Shown here: piece after piece, positions 19,711-29,612 of the stretch
How positions within the stretch are numbered: the first letter of the stretch is position 1
Layout: every line of letters starts with the position of its first letter
Source: Bordetella sp.
GTDB lineage: Bacteria > Pseudomonadota > Gammaproteobacteria > Burkholderiales > Burkholderiaceae_B
DNA: 36,825 nt
Assembly (NCBI GenBank): GCA_035628955.1
Contig: DASPIV010000230.1
Location: forward strand, 1-36,825
Direction: 5' to 3'
Translations under genes and position numbers: made by a program
Notes under the pieces: model-generated
The model's database searches: none
Told to the model about the DNA's origin: nothing
Seen by the model: the letters and a program-made list of their open reading frames with translations, nothing else

Positions 19711-19787
19711 AAATTGAACAAATAAGCATAAGCTATTCTAGGATCGTCTTCCTATACTGCCTTCTCCCATGCACGGAGGAAGGCGCA

Positions 19788-21152
19788 GTGAGCGATTTTG
19801 ATCTGGTAGTTCGAGGCGGCATCGTCGACGCACAGGCAATCACGCCGGACGGCTGGCTGGCCGTGCGCGACGGCCGCGTGGCAGCCCGCGGCGATCGCGG
19901 CGCCGATGCGCCCGCCGCGCGCGACAGTATCGACGCGCGCGGCCTGTGGATCATGCCGGGCGTGGTAGATGGCCAGGTCCATTCGGCCAGCCAGGCCAAT
20001 CAAGAGGGCCTGGGCCAGGCCTCGCGGGCAGCCGCGGCGGGCGGGGTCACCGTCATGGTCGACATGCCCTACGACGACCCCGAACCTGTCGCCTGCCGGG
20101 CCAGCCTGGACGCGAAGATCGCCGAAGTCGAGCGCGACTGCCATGTCGATGTGGCCTTGTACGGAACGCTCAATGACACGCATGGCCTGGACGCCGCGGC
20201 TGGCCTGATCGAAGGCGGGGTGTGCGCATTCAAGTTCTCGACTTTCGAAGCCACTCCGCGGCGCTTCCCACGCGTCGAGGAAGATATGTTGTATGAAGCC
20301 TTCCGGCGCATCGCGGCAGCCGGCCTGGCCTGCGGTGTGCACAACCAGGTGCAGGAACTGACACGCAAGAATATCGAGCGCATGGTGGCCGAAGGCGACA
20401 CGGGCTGGGATGCCTTCCTGCGGGCGCACCCGCCCCTGATCGAGAACCTTGCCACCGCGTCCATCTATGAAATCGGCGCGCAGACCGGGGCCCGCGCCCA
20501 CGTGGTGCACGTCTCTACCAGCCGAGGCTTCGAGATCTGCGACATGTACCGCCAGGCGGGGCACCAGGCATCCATCGAGACTTGTGTGCAGTACCTGATG
20601 CTGAACCACGAAGAACACACCCGCCGCTTCGGCGCCAAGACAAAGCATTACCCGCCCATCCGGCCCAAGGCCGAGGTCGACCTGCTCTGGACGCACATCG
20701 CGCGCGGCGCTTGCACCTTCGTGTCTTCCGATCACGTCAGTTGGGGCCTGGAACGCAAGTCGAATCCCAACGTATTCAAGAATGCCTCCGGCGGCCCCGG
20801 CCTCGAGACCCTGCTGCCGGCCTTCTGGACCGGCTGCGAGAACCACGGCATCGCTCCCACCATGGCGGTGCGCCAGCTCAGCGCCAACCCGGCGCGCCAC
20901 TTCCTGCTGCATGACCGCAAGGGCGGCCTGTCGGTCGGGCAGGACGCCGACCTGGTACTGCTCAAGCCCGAGCGGTATGCCTACGACCCCGCCACCAGCG
21001 TGTCGGCCGTGCAATGGAGTTCGTTCGAAGGCATGACATTCAGCGTGCGGGTGCACGCCACGTACAGCCGCGGCCAATTGGCCTATGACGGAACCGTGCG
21101 CAACGCCGCCGGGCACGGGCGCTTTCTGCGCCCCGCCGGAGGCCTTCGATGA
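19788..21152 (+). CDS. Cyclic amidohydrolase (allantoinase/dihydroorotase/hydantoinase family); candidate hydantoin-5-propionate hydrolase
   Basis: GTG start with GGAGG RBS. PGVVDGQVH, AAAGGVT..VDMP, AFK (carboxylated Lys position), HVVHVS, PPIR, SSDH, NPAR, KG.L.VGQDAD. Confidence 0.88.
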   Translation: MSDFDLVVRGGIVDAQAITPDGWLAVRDGRVAARGDRGADAPAARDSIDARGLWIMPGVVDGQVHSASQANQEGLGQASRAAAAGGVTVMVDMPYDDPEPVACRASLDAKIAEVERDCHVDVALYGTLNDTHGLDAAAGLIEGGVCAFKFSTFEATPRRFPRVEEDMLYEAFRRIAAAGLACGVHNQVQELTRKNIERMVAEGDTGWDAFLRAHPPLIENLATASIYEIGAQTGARAHVVHVSTSRGFEICDMYRQAGHQASIETCVQYLMLNHEEHTRRFGAKTKHYPPIRPKAEVDLLWTHIARGACTFVSSDHVSWGLERKSNPNVFKNASGGPGLETLLPAFWTGCENHGIAPTMAVRQLSANPARHFLLHDRKGGLSVGQDADLVLLKPERYAYDPATSVSAVQWSSFEGMTFSVRVHATYSRGQLAYDGTVRNAAGHGRFLRPAGGLR

Positions 21153-22408
21153 ACCAGGTCCGCATCGACGCCGACCGCCTCTGGCGCCGCGTCATGGACC
21201 TGGCGGCATTCACGCGCGCCGATGCGCCGTGGACGCGGCGTGCCTTCGGTGCCGAATTCAAGGCGGCCCGCGCCTGGCTGGAACAGGCATACCGCGCCGC
21301 GGGGCTGGACACGCATGTCGATGCCGCCGGCAACCTGGTGGGCCGCCGGCCTGGGCGACGTCCCGGCTTGCCGCCGCTTGCTACCGGCTCGCATTGCGAC
21401 ACCGTTGCCGAAGGCGGCCGCTTCGACGGCATAGCCGGGGTACTGGCCGGCCTGGAGATTGCGCACTGCATGCAAGAAGATGGCCATGTGCTGGAGCATC
21501 CGTTCGAGGTCATCGACTTCCTGTCCGAAGAGCCCAGCGACTACGGCGTGTCCTGCGTAGGCAGCCGGGCCATGGCGGGCCAACTGGGTCCGCAACACTT
21601 GGCACAGGCCGAGCCGGGCGGTGAAACGCTGGCGCAGGCAATCGACCGTATCGGCGGCAGCAGCGCGGCACTGGCAAGCGCCGACCGGCGCAGCCGTCCC
21701 AACGCCGCCTTTATCGAACTGCATATCGAACAGGGGCCGGTGCTGGAACATCACGGCCTGCCGATCGGGGTAGTGAGCCATATTGTCGGCATCCGCCGCG
21801 TGGCCCTGACAGTACATGGCCGTCCCGACCATGCGGGCACCACGCCCATGGACATCCGCCGGGATGCCCTGGTGGGCGCGGCCGAACTGATCATTGGCGC
21901 CCGCCGCCAGGCCGAGGCCTACCAGGGCCAGCCCCGCTATGTGGTGGCCACCATCGGGCACATGGCCATCACGCCGAACGCGGCCAATGCCGTGCCTGGA
22001 TCGGCCCGCATGACATTGGAAGTGCGCAGCGACGATCCGGCCGTGCTGCGCGACTTTCCCGAAAAACTGCTGGCGGCCTGCCAGCCCAGGCTGCGCGCGC
22101 TGCAGCTCGGCGCCGACCTGGCCGACCTGACCGAGGCTGCTCCCACGGCCTGCAGTGCCGATGTCATGCGCCAGATCGAGCAAGCGGCCGCCGACCTGGG
22201 CCTGGCCAGCAAGGTGCTGCCCAGCGGGGCGGGCCACGATGCGGCCTACATGGCGGCACTGGGCCCGATGGGCATGATCTTCGTGCCGTGCCGCGACGGC
22301 CGCAGCCATTGCCCCGAAGAGTGGCTGGAACCCGATCAGCTGGCCCATGGCGCACAGGTTTTGTATCGGACATTATGCAGGCTGGACCAGGCTCTGCTGC
22401 CGGCCTGA
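21149..22408 (+). CDS. M20-family N-carbamoyl-L-amino-acid amidohydrolase; candidate N-carbamoylglutamate hydrolase
   Basis: GSHCDTV..GGRFDG..GV, EE, ELHIEQGPVLE, HAGTTPM..RRDAL, SGAGHDA, SHCPEE. ATGA overlap with the upstream gene. Confidence 0.92.
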   Translation: MNQVRIDADRLWRRVMDLAAFTRADAPWTRRAFGAEFKAARAWLEQAYRAAGLDTHVDAAGNLVGRRPGRRPGLPPLATGSHCDTVAEGGRFDGIAGVLAGLEIAHCMQEDGHVLEHPFEVIDFLSEEPSDYGVSCVGSRAMAGQLGPQHLAQAEPGGETLAQAIDRIGGSSAALASADRRSRPNAAFIELHIEQGPVLEHHGLPIGVVSHIVGIRRVALTVHGRPDHAGTTPMDIRRDALVGAAELIIGARRQAEAYQGQPRYVVATIGHMAITPNAANAVPGSARMTLEVRSDDPAVLRDFPEKLLAACQPRLRALQLGADLADLTEAAPTACSADVMRQIEQAAADLGLASKVLPSGAGHDAAYMAALGPMGMIFVPCRDGRSHCPEEWLEPDQLAHGAQVLYRTLCRLDQALLPA

Positions 22409-22433
22409 ACAGGAAAGACTTCAAGGGAAACCA

Positions 22434-24064
<1,631 letters not shown>

Positions 24065-24068
<4 letters not shown>

Positions 24069-25144
24069 TTACCGATCATCTAGTTCCGGCGGACATCGAC
24101 GCGGCCATCATGGGCGGCCTGCTGCTGTCGGCCGGCGGCAGCGGCCGGGCACGCGTTGCCCAGAGCCGGCGCTTTGCCGAACTCGCCTGCCAGCGCGGCC
24201 CGCTGCCATTGCGCCAGCTCGACAGCCTGCCCCCCGATAGCCAGATACTGGTATCCACGGCCGTGGGCGCGCCCGGCGCGGGCAAGCACCTGGCCGATCC
24301 GGATCATGCTGTCCTGGCGGCGCGCAACCTGATCGCCGCCAGCGGCGTGCGCATCGATGCCGTCATGCCCGGCCATGTGCCGGGCTTCTATGCCTGGCTG
24401 CTGGCCGCCGAGCTGAACGTGCCCTTGCTGGACGCAGCCTGCAACGGGCGCGGCCACCCCACGGTGCGCATGGGCAGCCTGGGCCTGTCTTCGCAGCCGG
24501 ACACGCTGCTGTACCAGGCGGGTGCCGGCGCGAACCTGCAGATCACGCTGCACGGCAACATGCTGACCACCTCGACGCTGCTGCGTGCGGCAGCGGTGCA
24601 GGCGGGCGGCCTGATCATGGCCTGTCGCGGCCCGCTGCCCGCAACACTGGTGGCGCAGGCGGCCGCGCCCGGCGCCATCGGCTGCCAACTGGCGCTGGGC
24701 AAGGCGATGCTGGACGCGGGAGAAAACGCCGAAGCGCGCATCGCGGCCCTGGTTTCGACGGGCGGCGCGCGCCTGCTGGCAAAAGGCGCCATCCAGGAGA
24801 ACACCGTAGCCTACCAGGACGGCTTCGACGTCGGCACGGTCAGCCTGGCCGACCAAGACAGCGGACAGTTGCTGCAACTGGGCGTGTGCAACGAATTCAT
24901 GACCCTGCAGGCTGACGGAAAGCGCGTGTCCACGTTCCCGGATCTGCAGGCCGCCATCGACCTGGACACCGGCGCCGTGCTGGCGATTTCCGAAATGAAG
25001 CCGGGCCAGCGGGCCGCGCTGGTAGTGATCCCCAAGGCCCGCCTGCCCATGGGGGCGGGCATCTACGACCCCAATGTCTACCCTGACGTAGAAGCGCGCA
25101 TGCAGGCGCCCCTGTCCATGTACGCTCTCGATCCCCAAGCCTGA
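24065..25144 (+). CDS. DUF917-family protein; candidate thiohydantoin-propionate desulfurase
   Basis: N-terminal D.AI.GG.LL.AGG.G, VGAP, D.ACNGRGHP, G.D.G, NEF, TFPDL; ~360 aa. ATGA overlap with the hydratase gene. Confidence 0.8.
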
Positions 25145-25155
25145 AGGTGCCACCG

Positions 25156-25755
25156 ATGATGACGCTGTACGACAGCCGCAAGTCCGGCAACGGCTGGAAG
25201 CTGCGGCAACTGCTGCAATTGCTGGGACACCAGTATGAACGGCGCGTGCTGGACCTGGCGGCGGGCGAGGCGCGCACACCGGAAATGCTGGCCTTGAATC
25301 CGCTGGGCCGGATCCCCGTGCTCGTCACCGACCAGGGTATGGCGCTGCGCGAATCCAATGCCATCCTGCTGGTGCTGGCCGAGGGCAGCCCATATCTGCC
25401 CACCGAGCCGGCCGCACGTGCCGACGTGCTGCAGTGGTTGTTCTTCGAACAGTACGACCATCTGCGCAACTTCGCGCGGCCGCGCTTTCTAGTTTCGATC
25501 GCGCGCAGCGCCGCGCCCGACGCCCCGGAAGTCATCGCGCTGCGCGAGGCAGGCGTACGGGCCCTGCGCGTCATGGACGACCATCTGGCCCGCCACGAAT
25601 ACCTGGCGGCCGACCAATACACCGTGGCGGATATCGCGCTGTACCCCTACACCTGCATGGCGCCCATGGGCGGCTATGACTTGCAGCCCTATCCACACGT
25701 ACTCGCATGGCTGTCCCGCATAGGCGCACGTTCCGACACGCTCGCCCTTCCCTGA
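25156..25755 (+). CDS. Glutathione S-transferase family protein
   Basis: TLYD...SGN.WK, LNPLGRIPVL, ESNAIL, WLFFEQ, YTVADIALY. Confidence 0.92.
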   Translation: MMTLYDSRKSGNGWKLRQLLQLLGHQYERRVLDLAAGEARTPEMLALNPLGRIPVLVTDQGMALRESNAILLVLAEGSPYLPTEPAARADVLQWLFFEQYDHLRNFARPRFLVSIARSAAPDAPEVIALREAGVRALRVMDDHLARHEYLAADQYTVADIALYPYTCMAPMGGYDLQPYPHVLAWLSRIGARSDTLALP

Positions 25756-25790
25756 AACCATCTTCTGTCGAACACAAGCTGGAGCACTGT

Positions 25791-26774
25791 ATGCCATTCC
25801 GTCATCGAATCGCCTGCGCCTTCTGGGCACTGGCCGCGGCCGCCGCCATCCCTGTCGCATCGACAGCGGCCGAGACTTATCCGTCCAAGCCCATCCGGAT
25901 GGTGGTTCCGTATCCGGCCGGCGGCGGATTCGACACCATCACGCGCCGCATGGCCGAAGGCCTGCGCGAACAATTGAATACGCCGGTCGTTGTCGAGAAC
26001 AAGCCCGGCGGCAACACCATCATCGCCACCGACCTGGTGGTGCGCGCCCAGCCCGACGGCTACACGCTGCTGATGAACGCGCCGGCGGGAATCGTGCAGG
26101 GGCCGTGGCTGCAGAAAGACTTGCCGTACGACCCCATCAAGGACCTGCAGCCGATCTACATGGTGGCGCAGGTACCCACTGCGTTGATCGTGCCGGCGTC
26201 GCTGGGGGTCGATACATTTGCCCAGTTCGTCGACTACGCAAAGCGCCACCAGGGCGAGATGGCCTACGCCAGCCTGGGCAACGGCAGCACCTTCCACATC
26301 TTCGGCGCCATGCTGAACGACCGCGTAGGCGCCCAGGCCACGCATGTCCCGTACAAAGGCGACGCCCCGGCCATGGGCGACCTGGTGCCCGGCCGGGTGC
26401 AGTTCATGTTCAACAACCCGATAACGGCCATCAATTTCGCCAAACAGGGCAAGGTGCGCATCCTGGCGATCAGCGGAGCGCAGCGCCTGCGGGCGGTGCA
26501 GGATATCCCCACGCTGGGCGAGCTGGGCATGCCGCAATTCAATATAACGGGCTGGTATGGGTTATTCGCGCCGGCCGGTACGCCGCGCGCCGTTACCGAC
26601 AAAATCGCCCAGGCGGTCAAGGCCGTGATGCAGACACCCGTAATGCAAAGCTACCTGGAATCGGTAGGCGTGCTTGCCAGCGACTCGGGTGTAGATGCTT
26701 TTACCCGCCAGGTGAACCAGGAATACCAGGCCTGGGGCGAACTCATCAAGCAGAACAACATTCACGTCGACTGA
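25791..26774 (+). CDS. Bug/TctC-family substrate-binding protein
   Basis: Start at ATG 25791 with GGAG RBS. YPSKPIRMVVPYPAGGGFD, VENKPGG, PDGYTLL, HVPYKG. Confidence 0.94.
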   Translation: MPFRHRIACAFWALAAAAAIPVASTAAETYPSKPIRMVVPYPAGGGFDTITRRMAEGLREQLNTPVVVENKPGGNTIIATDLVVRAQPDGYTLLMNAPAGIVQGPWLQKDLPYDPIKDLQPIYMVAQVPTALIVPASLGVDTFAQFVDYAKRHQGEMAYASLGNGSTFHIFGAMLNDRVGAQATHVPYKGDAPAMGDLVPGRVQFMFNNPITAINFAKQGKVRILAISGAQRLRAVQDIPTLGELGMPQFNITGWYGLFAPAGTPRAVTDKIAQAVKAVMQTPVMQSYLESVGVLASDSGVDAFTRQVNQEYQAWGELIKQNNIHVD

Positions 26775-26857
26775 CCCCGGCGCGCGCCGCGCGCCTACCT
26801 GACTAGGCGCCCCGCCGCCCGCGCACGGTTCGTTCTCATCTACTTCGGAAGGTCATC

Positions 26858-28579
26858 ATGCATAGCTTCCCAGACCGGCGGCGCAGCGGCGCCTGCCTGA
26901 TGTTCGCCGTCTTGTGTATCGCGGCGCCCTGGTCGGCCCGCGCGCAAGAGCCGGTGGTTCTCGATGGCGCCCACCTGACCTACCGGCAAGTTGCGCAGAT
27001 CGCGCGTGCCGGCGCGCCGGTTCAGATCGATCCGCAAGCGCGCGCCCGCGTGGCGCGCGCCCACGATATCGTGCTGGCAGCCGCGGCGGCCGACATGCCG
27101 ATCTATGGCCTGAACCGGGGCGTGGGTTCGGCCAGGCAGGTTGCGGTCCTGGAAGGCCAGCGCGAGAACGCCAGCGAGGTGCGCAAGTCGTCGGAAGCGT
27201 TCAATCGCAATCTGCTCATTTCCCACAGCCGTGCAACCGGGCCCGCCACCGATGCGGCACGGGTGCGCGCGGCCATGGCAGTGCGGCTGAACACGGCGCT
27301 TACCGGTTCATCGGGCATGCAGCCGGTTATTGCCGACATGTATGCCGCGCTGCTCAACGCCGGCATCACGCCCGCCGTGCCGCGCGACGCCTCGGTGGGC
27401 GAGGCCGACATATTCCTGCTGGCATACACGGGGCTTGCGATGATGGGGGTGGGCGATGTGATCGTCGACGGCCAGCGCCAGCCTGCCGCCCGGGCACTGC
27501 GGGATGCGGGCATCGAACCGGTGCGTCCGTTCGCCAAGGATGCCCTGGCCATCATGAGCTCCAATGCCTACTCGGCCGGGCATGCGGCCTTGGTGGCAAA
27601 CGACCTGGAGCACTTGCTCAGGCGCGCCGACCTGGTGTTCCTGGCCAGCCTGGAGGCGCTCAATGGCAACGTGGCGCCGCTGTTGGCCGGCAGCGTGGCA
27701 GTACGGCCTTTCAAGGGCCATCGCGAAGCCGCGGCCGACATGTCGGACCTGCTGCAGGGCAGTTATCTATGGAAGAAAGATCCGGCCCGCTTCAGCCAGG
27801 ACCCGCTCAGTTTCCGCACCACTGCGCAACTGCACGGCGCGCTGCGCGAACAGCTGCAGGCCCTGGCCGGACACTTGAGCATCCAGCTCAATGCATCGGA
27901 CGACAATCCCACGGTGCTGGTCGACGTACGCGCGCCCGACAACGCACCCGAGCAAGAGGCCCGCTATTACGTAAGCGGCACGGTGGACGGCCGGCCGGTG
28001 CAGGGCGCGGTCATTCCCACCGCCCACTTCGAACCTGTCAGCTGGGTGCTGGACGCGCAGGCCATGGCCATTGGCCTGAGCCACTTGACCAACCAATCCA
28101 TGCAACGCGCCAACCGGCTGGCAACCAAGGACTTCACCGGCATCGACCTGCTGGAAGGGCAGCCGCCGGGCAGCCTGGCGGGGTTCTGGAAAACAGCCAA
28201 CGTCATACAGACCCGAGTCTTTGCCGATACCTTGCCGGTGTCATCCCTGGTGCAGCCTTCGGCCAAGGACATCGAAGACGTAGGCACCCAGGCGCCGCTG
28301 GCCATCGAGCGGCTGGATCGCATCGTGGACCATGCCTACCGCATGCTGGGCCTGGAACTTGCCGTGGCAGCCGAGGTCATCGACCGGCGCCTGCAGGCGC
28401 AACCCCAATTGGCCCTGGCAGCGCCCACCGGAGAATTGCTGGCCCATGCGCGCCTTGCAATGAAGCAATCCCAGCCACGCCTGCCGGGAGGCGACATCGA
28501 TGCGGCCTACATGCTGGTGCGCTGCACCGGCGATCCTGCCGCGAAGGCCGCCATCTGCGGCCCTGCCGCCAGCCCCTGA
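26858..28579 (+). CDS. Aromatic amino acid lyase family (HAL/PAL fold), MIO-less, with N-terminal signal peptide; candidate ergothionase-type trimethylamine lyase
   Basis: VVLDG..LT, PIYGLNRGVG (catalytic Tyr), RAAMAVRLN, SVGEAD in place of SVGASGD, KDALA..SSN, QDPLSFR...Q.HG, N.SDDNP, EDV. Residues 1-29 form an n/h/c signal peptide ending A-R-A. Confidence 0.88.
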   Translation: MHSFPDRRRSGACLMFAVLCIAAPWSARAQEPVVLDGAHLTYRQVAQIARAGAPVQIDPQARARVARAHDIVLAAAAADMPIYGLNRGVGSARQVAVLEGQRENASEVRKSSEAFNRNLLISHSRATGPATDAARVRAAMAVRLNTALTGSSGMQPVIADMYAALLNAGITPAVPRDASVGEADIFLLAYTGLAMMGVGDVIVDGQRQPAARALRDAGIEPVRPFAKDALAIMSSNAYSAGHAALVANDLEHLLRRADLVFLASLEALNGNVAPLLAGSVAVRPFKGHREAAADMSDLLQGSYLWKKDPARFSQDPLSFRTTAQLHGALREQLQALAGHLSIQLNASDDNPTVLVDVRAPDNAPEQEARYYVSGTVDGRPVQGAVIPTAHFEPVSWVLDAQAMAIGLSHLTNQSMQRANRLATKDFTGIDLLEGQPPGSLAGFWKTANVIQTRVFADTLPVSSLVQPSAKDIEDVGTQAPLAIERLDRIVDHAYRMLGLELAVAAEVIDRRLQAQPQLALAAPTGELLAHARLAMKQSQPRLPGGDIDAAYMLVRCTGDPAAKAAICGPAASP

Positions 28580-28650
28580 GCCGAGGCGGCGCCCGACGGC
28601 AAGCCATTCAACCAACGTGATGCAGGCCGGTATCGATGAGCGGCCGCAGC

Positions 28651-28683
28651 TGGCGCGCGGGCGTGGCGCGCCATTTTATTTTT
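28651..28683 (+). terminator. Rho-independent terminator ending the 19788-28579 operon
   Basis: 8-bp stem TGGCGCGC/GCGCGCCA, 7-nt loop, followed by TTTTATTTTT. Confidence 0.75.
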
Positions 28684-28891
28684 CTGTCATTGACATCGCC
28701 CTGAATTCCGACTTATCCACTCAAGCATCCGTGCCTGCTGCGCTCAGAAGCGCATAATGAATCGGGTCTTCCCCTGAAGGAAGATGCTGGCGATTCATCG
28801 TTGGCGCTGTCTCCAGCCTGTGGTCCCGTGTTTCCAGAATGCATGTTCTCAGTCGGGCCGAGACAGCAGGAAGCAAACTTGGGAGAGTCAC

Positions 28892-29608
28892 ATGACAGAA
28901 GACACGCGGCCGCGCAGGCGATTCCTGCAGGCATTGGCGCTGGTACCTGCCTCGACACTTGCGGGCGGTGTAGCGGTCACGCAAACGGCCTGCAGCAACC
29001 AGGCCGACCGCGTTGCCGGCCCCGCCGAGGCCTATGCGCCCACTTACTTCACCCAGGAAGAGTGGGCCTTCATCAACGCCGCGGTCGACCACCTGATCCC
29101 TGCCGACGAGTACGGTCCCGGCGCCATCGACGCAGGCGTGCCCGAGTTCATCGACCGCCAGATGGAAACGCCCTACGGCCACGGCAAGCTCTGGTATATG
29201 CAAGGGCCCTTCCATCCCGATTCGGTGCCCGAACTGGGGTACCAGCTCAACCTGACTCCCCGTGACGCGTACCGCCACGGCATCGCGGCGTGCGATGCCT
29301 GGTGCATGAAAACCCATGGCAGCGCGTACGCCGGACTCGACAGATCGCTGCAAGAGCAGGTGCTGAAAGACTTGCAGGCCGGCAAGATCGAGCTCGATAG
29401 CGTGCCTTCGGCCACTTTCTTCAGCTTCCTGCTGGGCAACGCCAAAGAAGGCTTCCTGTCCGACCCCATGTACGGCGGCAACAAGAACATGGTTGGTTGG
29501 AAGATGGTGGGCTTCCCCGGGGCGCGCGGCGATTTCATGGACTGGACCGACCAGCCCAACGCCAAGTATCCCTACGGTCCGGTGTCGATCTCCGGCAAGA
29601 AGGGGTAA
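28892..29608 (+). CDS. Gluconate 2-dehydrogenase subunit III (Tat-exported)
   Basis: Start at ATG 28892 (GGAGAG RBS). RRRFL twin-arginine motif, LIPADE.GPGA..AGV..FIDRQ, EGF.SDP.YGGN..MVGWK..GFPG. Confidence 0.9.
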   Translation: MTEDTRPRRRFLQALALVPASTLAGGVAVTQTACSNQADRVAGPAEAYAPTYFTQEEWAFINAAVDHLIPADEYGPGAIDAGVPEFIDRQMETPYGHGKLWYMQGPFHPDSVPELGYQLNLTPRDAYRHGIAACDAWCMKTHGSAYAGLDRSLQEQVLKDLQAGKIELDSVPSATFFSFLLGNAKEGFLSDPMYGGNKNMVGWKMVGFPGARGDFMDWTDQPNAKYPYGPVSISGKKG

Positions 29609-29612
29609 GCCC

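Noticed and set aside
19788-22408. Allantoin degradation (allB/allC) or reductive pyrimidine catabolism
   Set aside because: The families fit, but there are no other purine or pyrimidine genes, and the pair is coupled to the urocanase-like and DUF917 genes, which predict a hydantoin-propionate intermediate.
26914-28620. Long overlapping or antisense ORFs (for example 26914-28620, 22164-23873, 33904-35346, 19752-21116)
   Set aside because: They are low-complexity Arg/Ala/Gly/Pro-rich translations overlapping well-supported genes, as expected from stop-codon scarcity at high GC.
28713-28721. DnaA-box-like TTATCCACT
   Set aside because: A single 8/9 match with no cluster of boxes or origin context.
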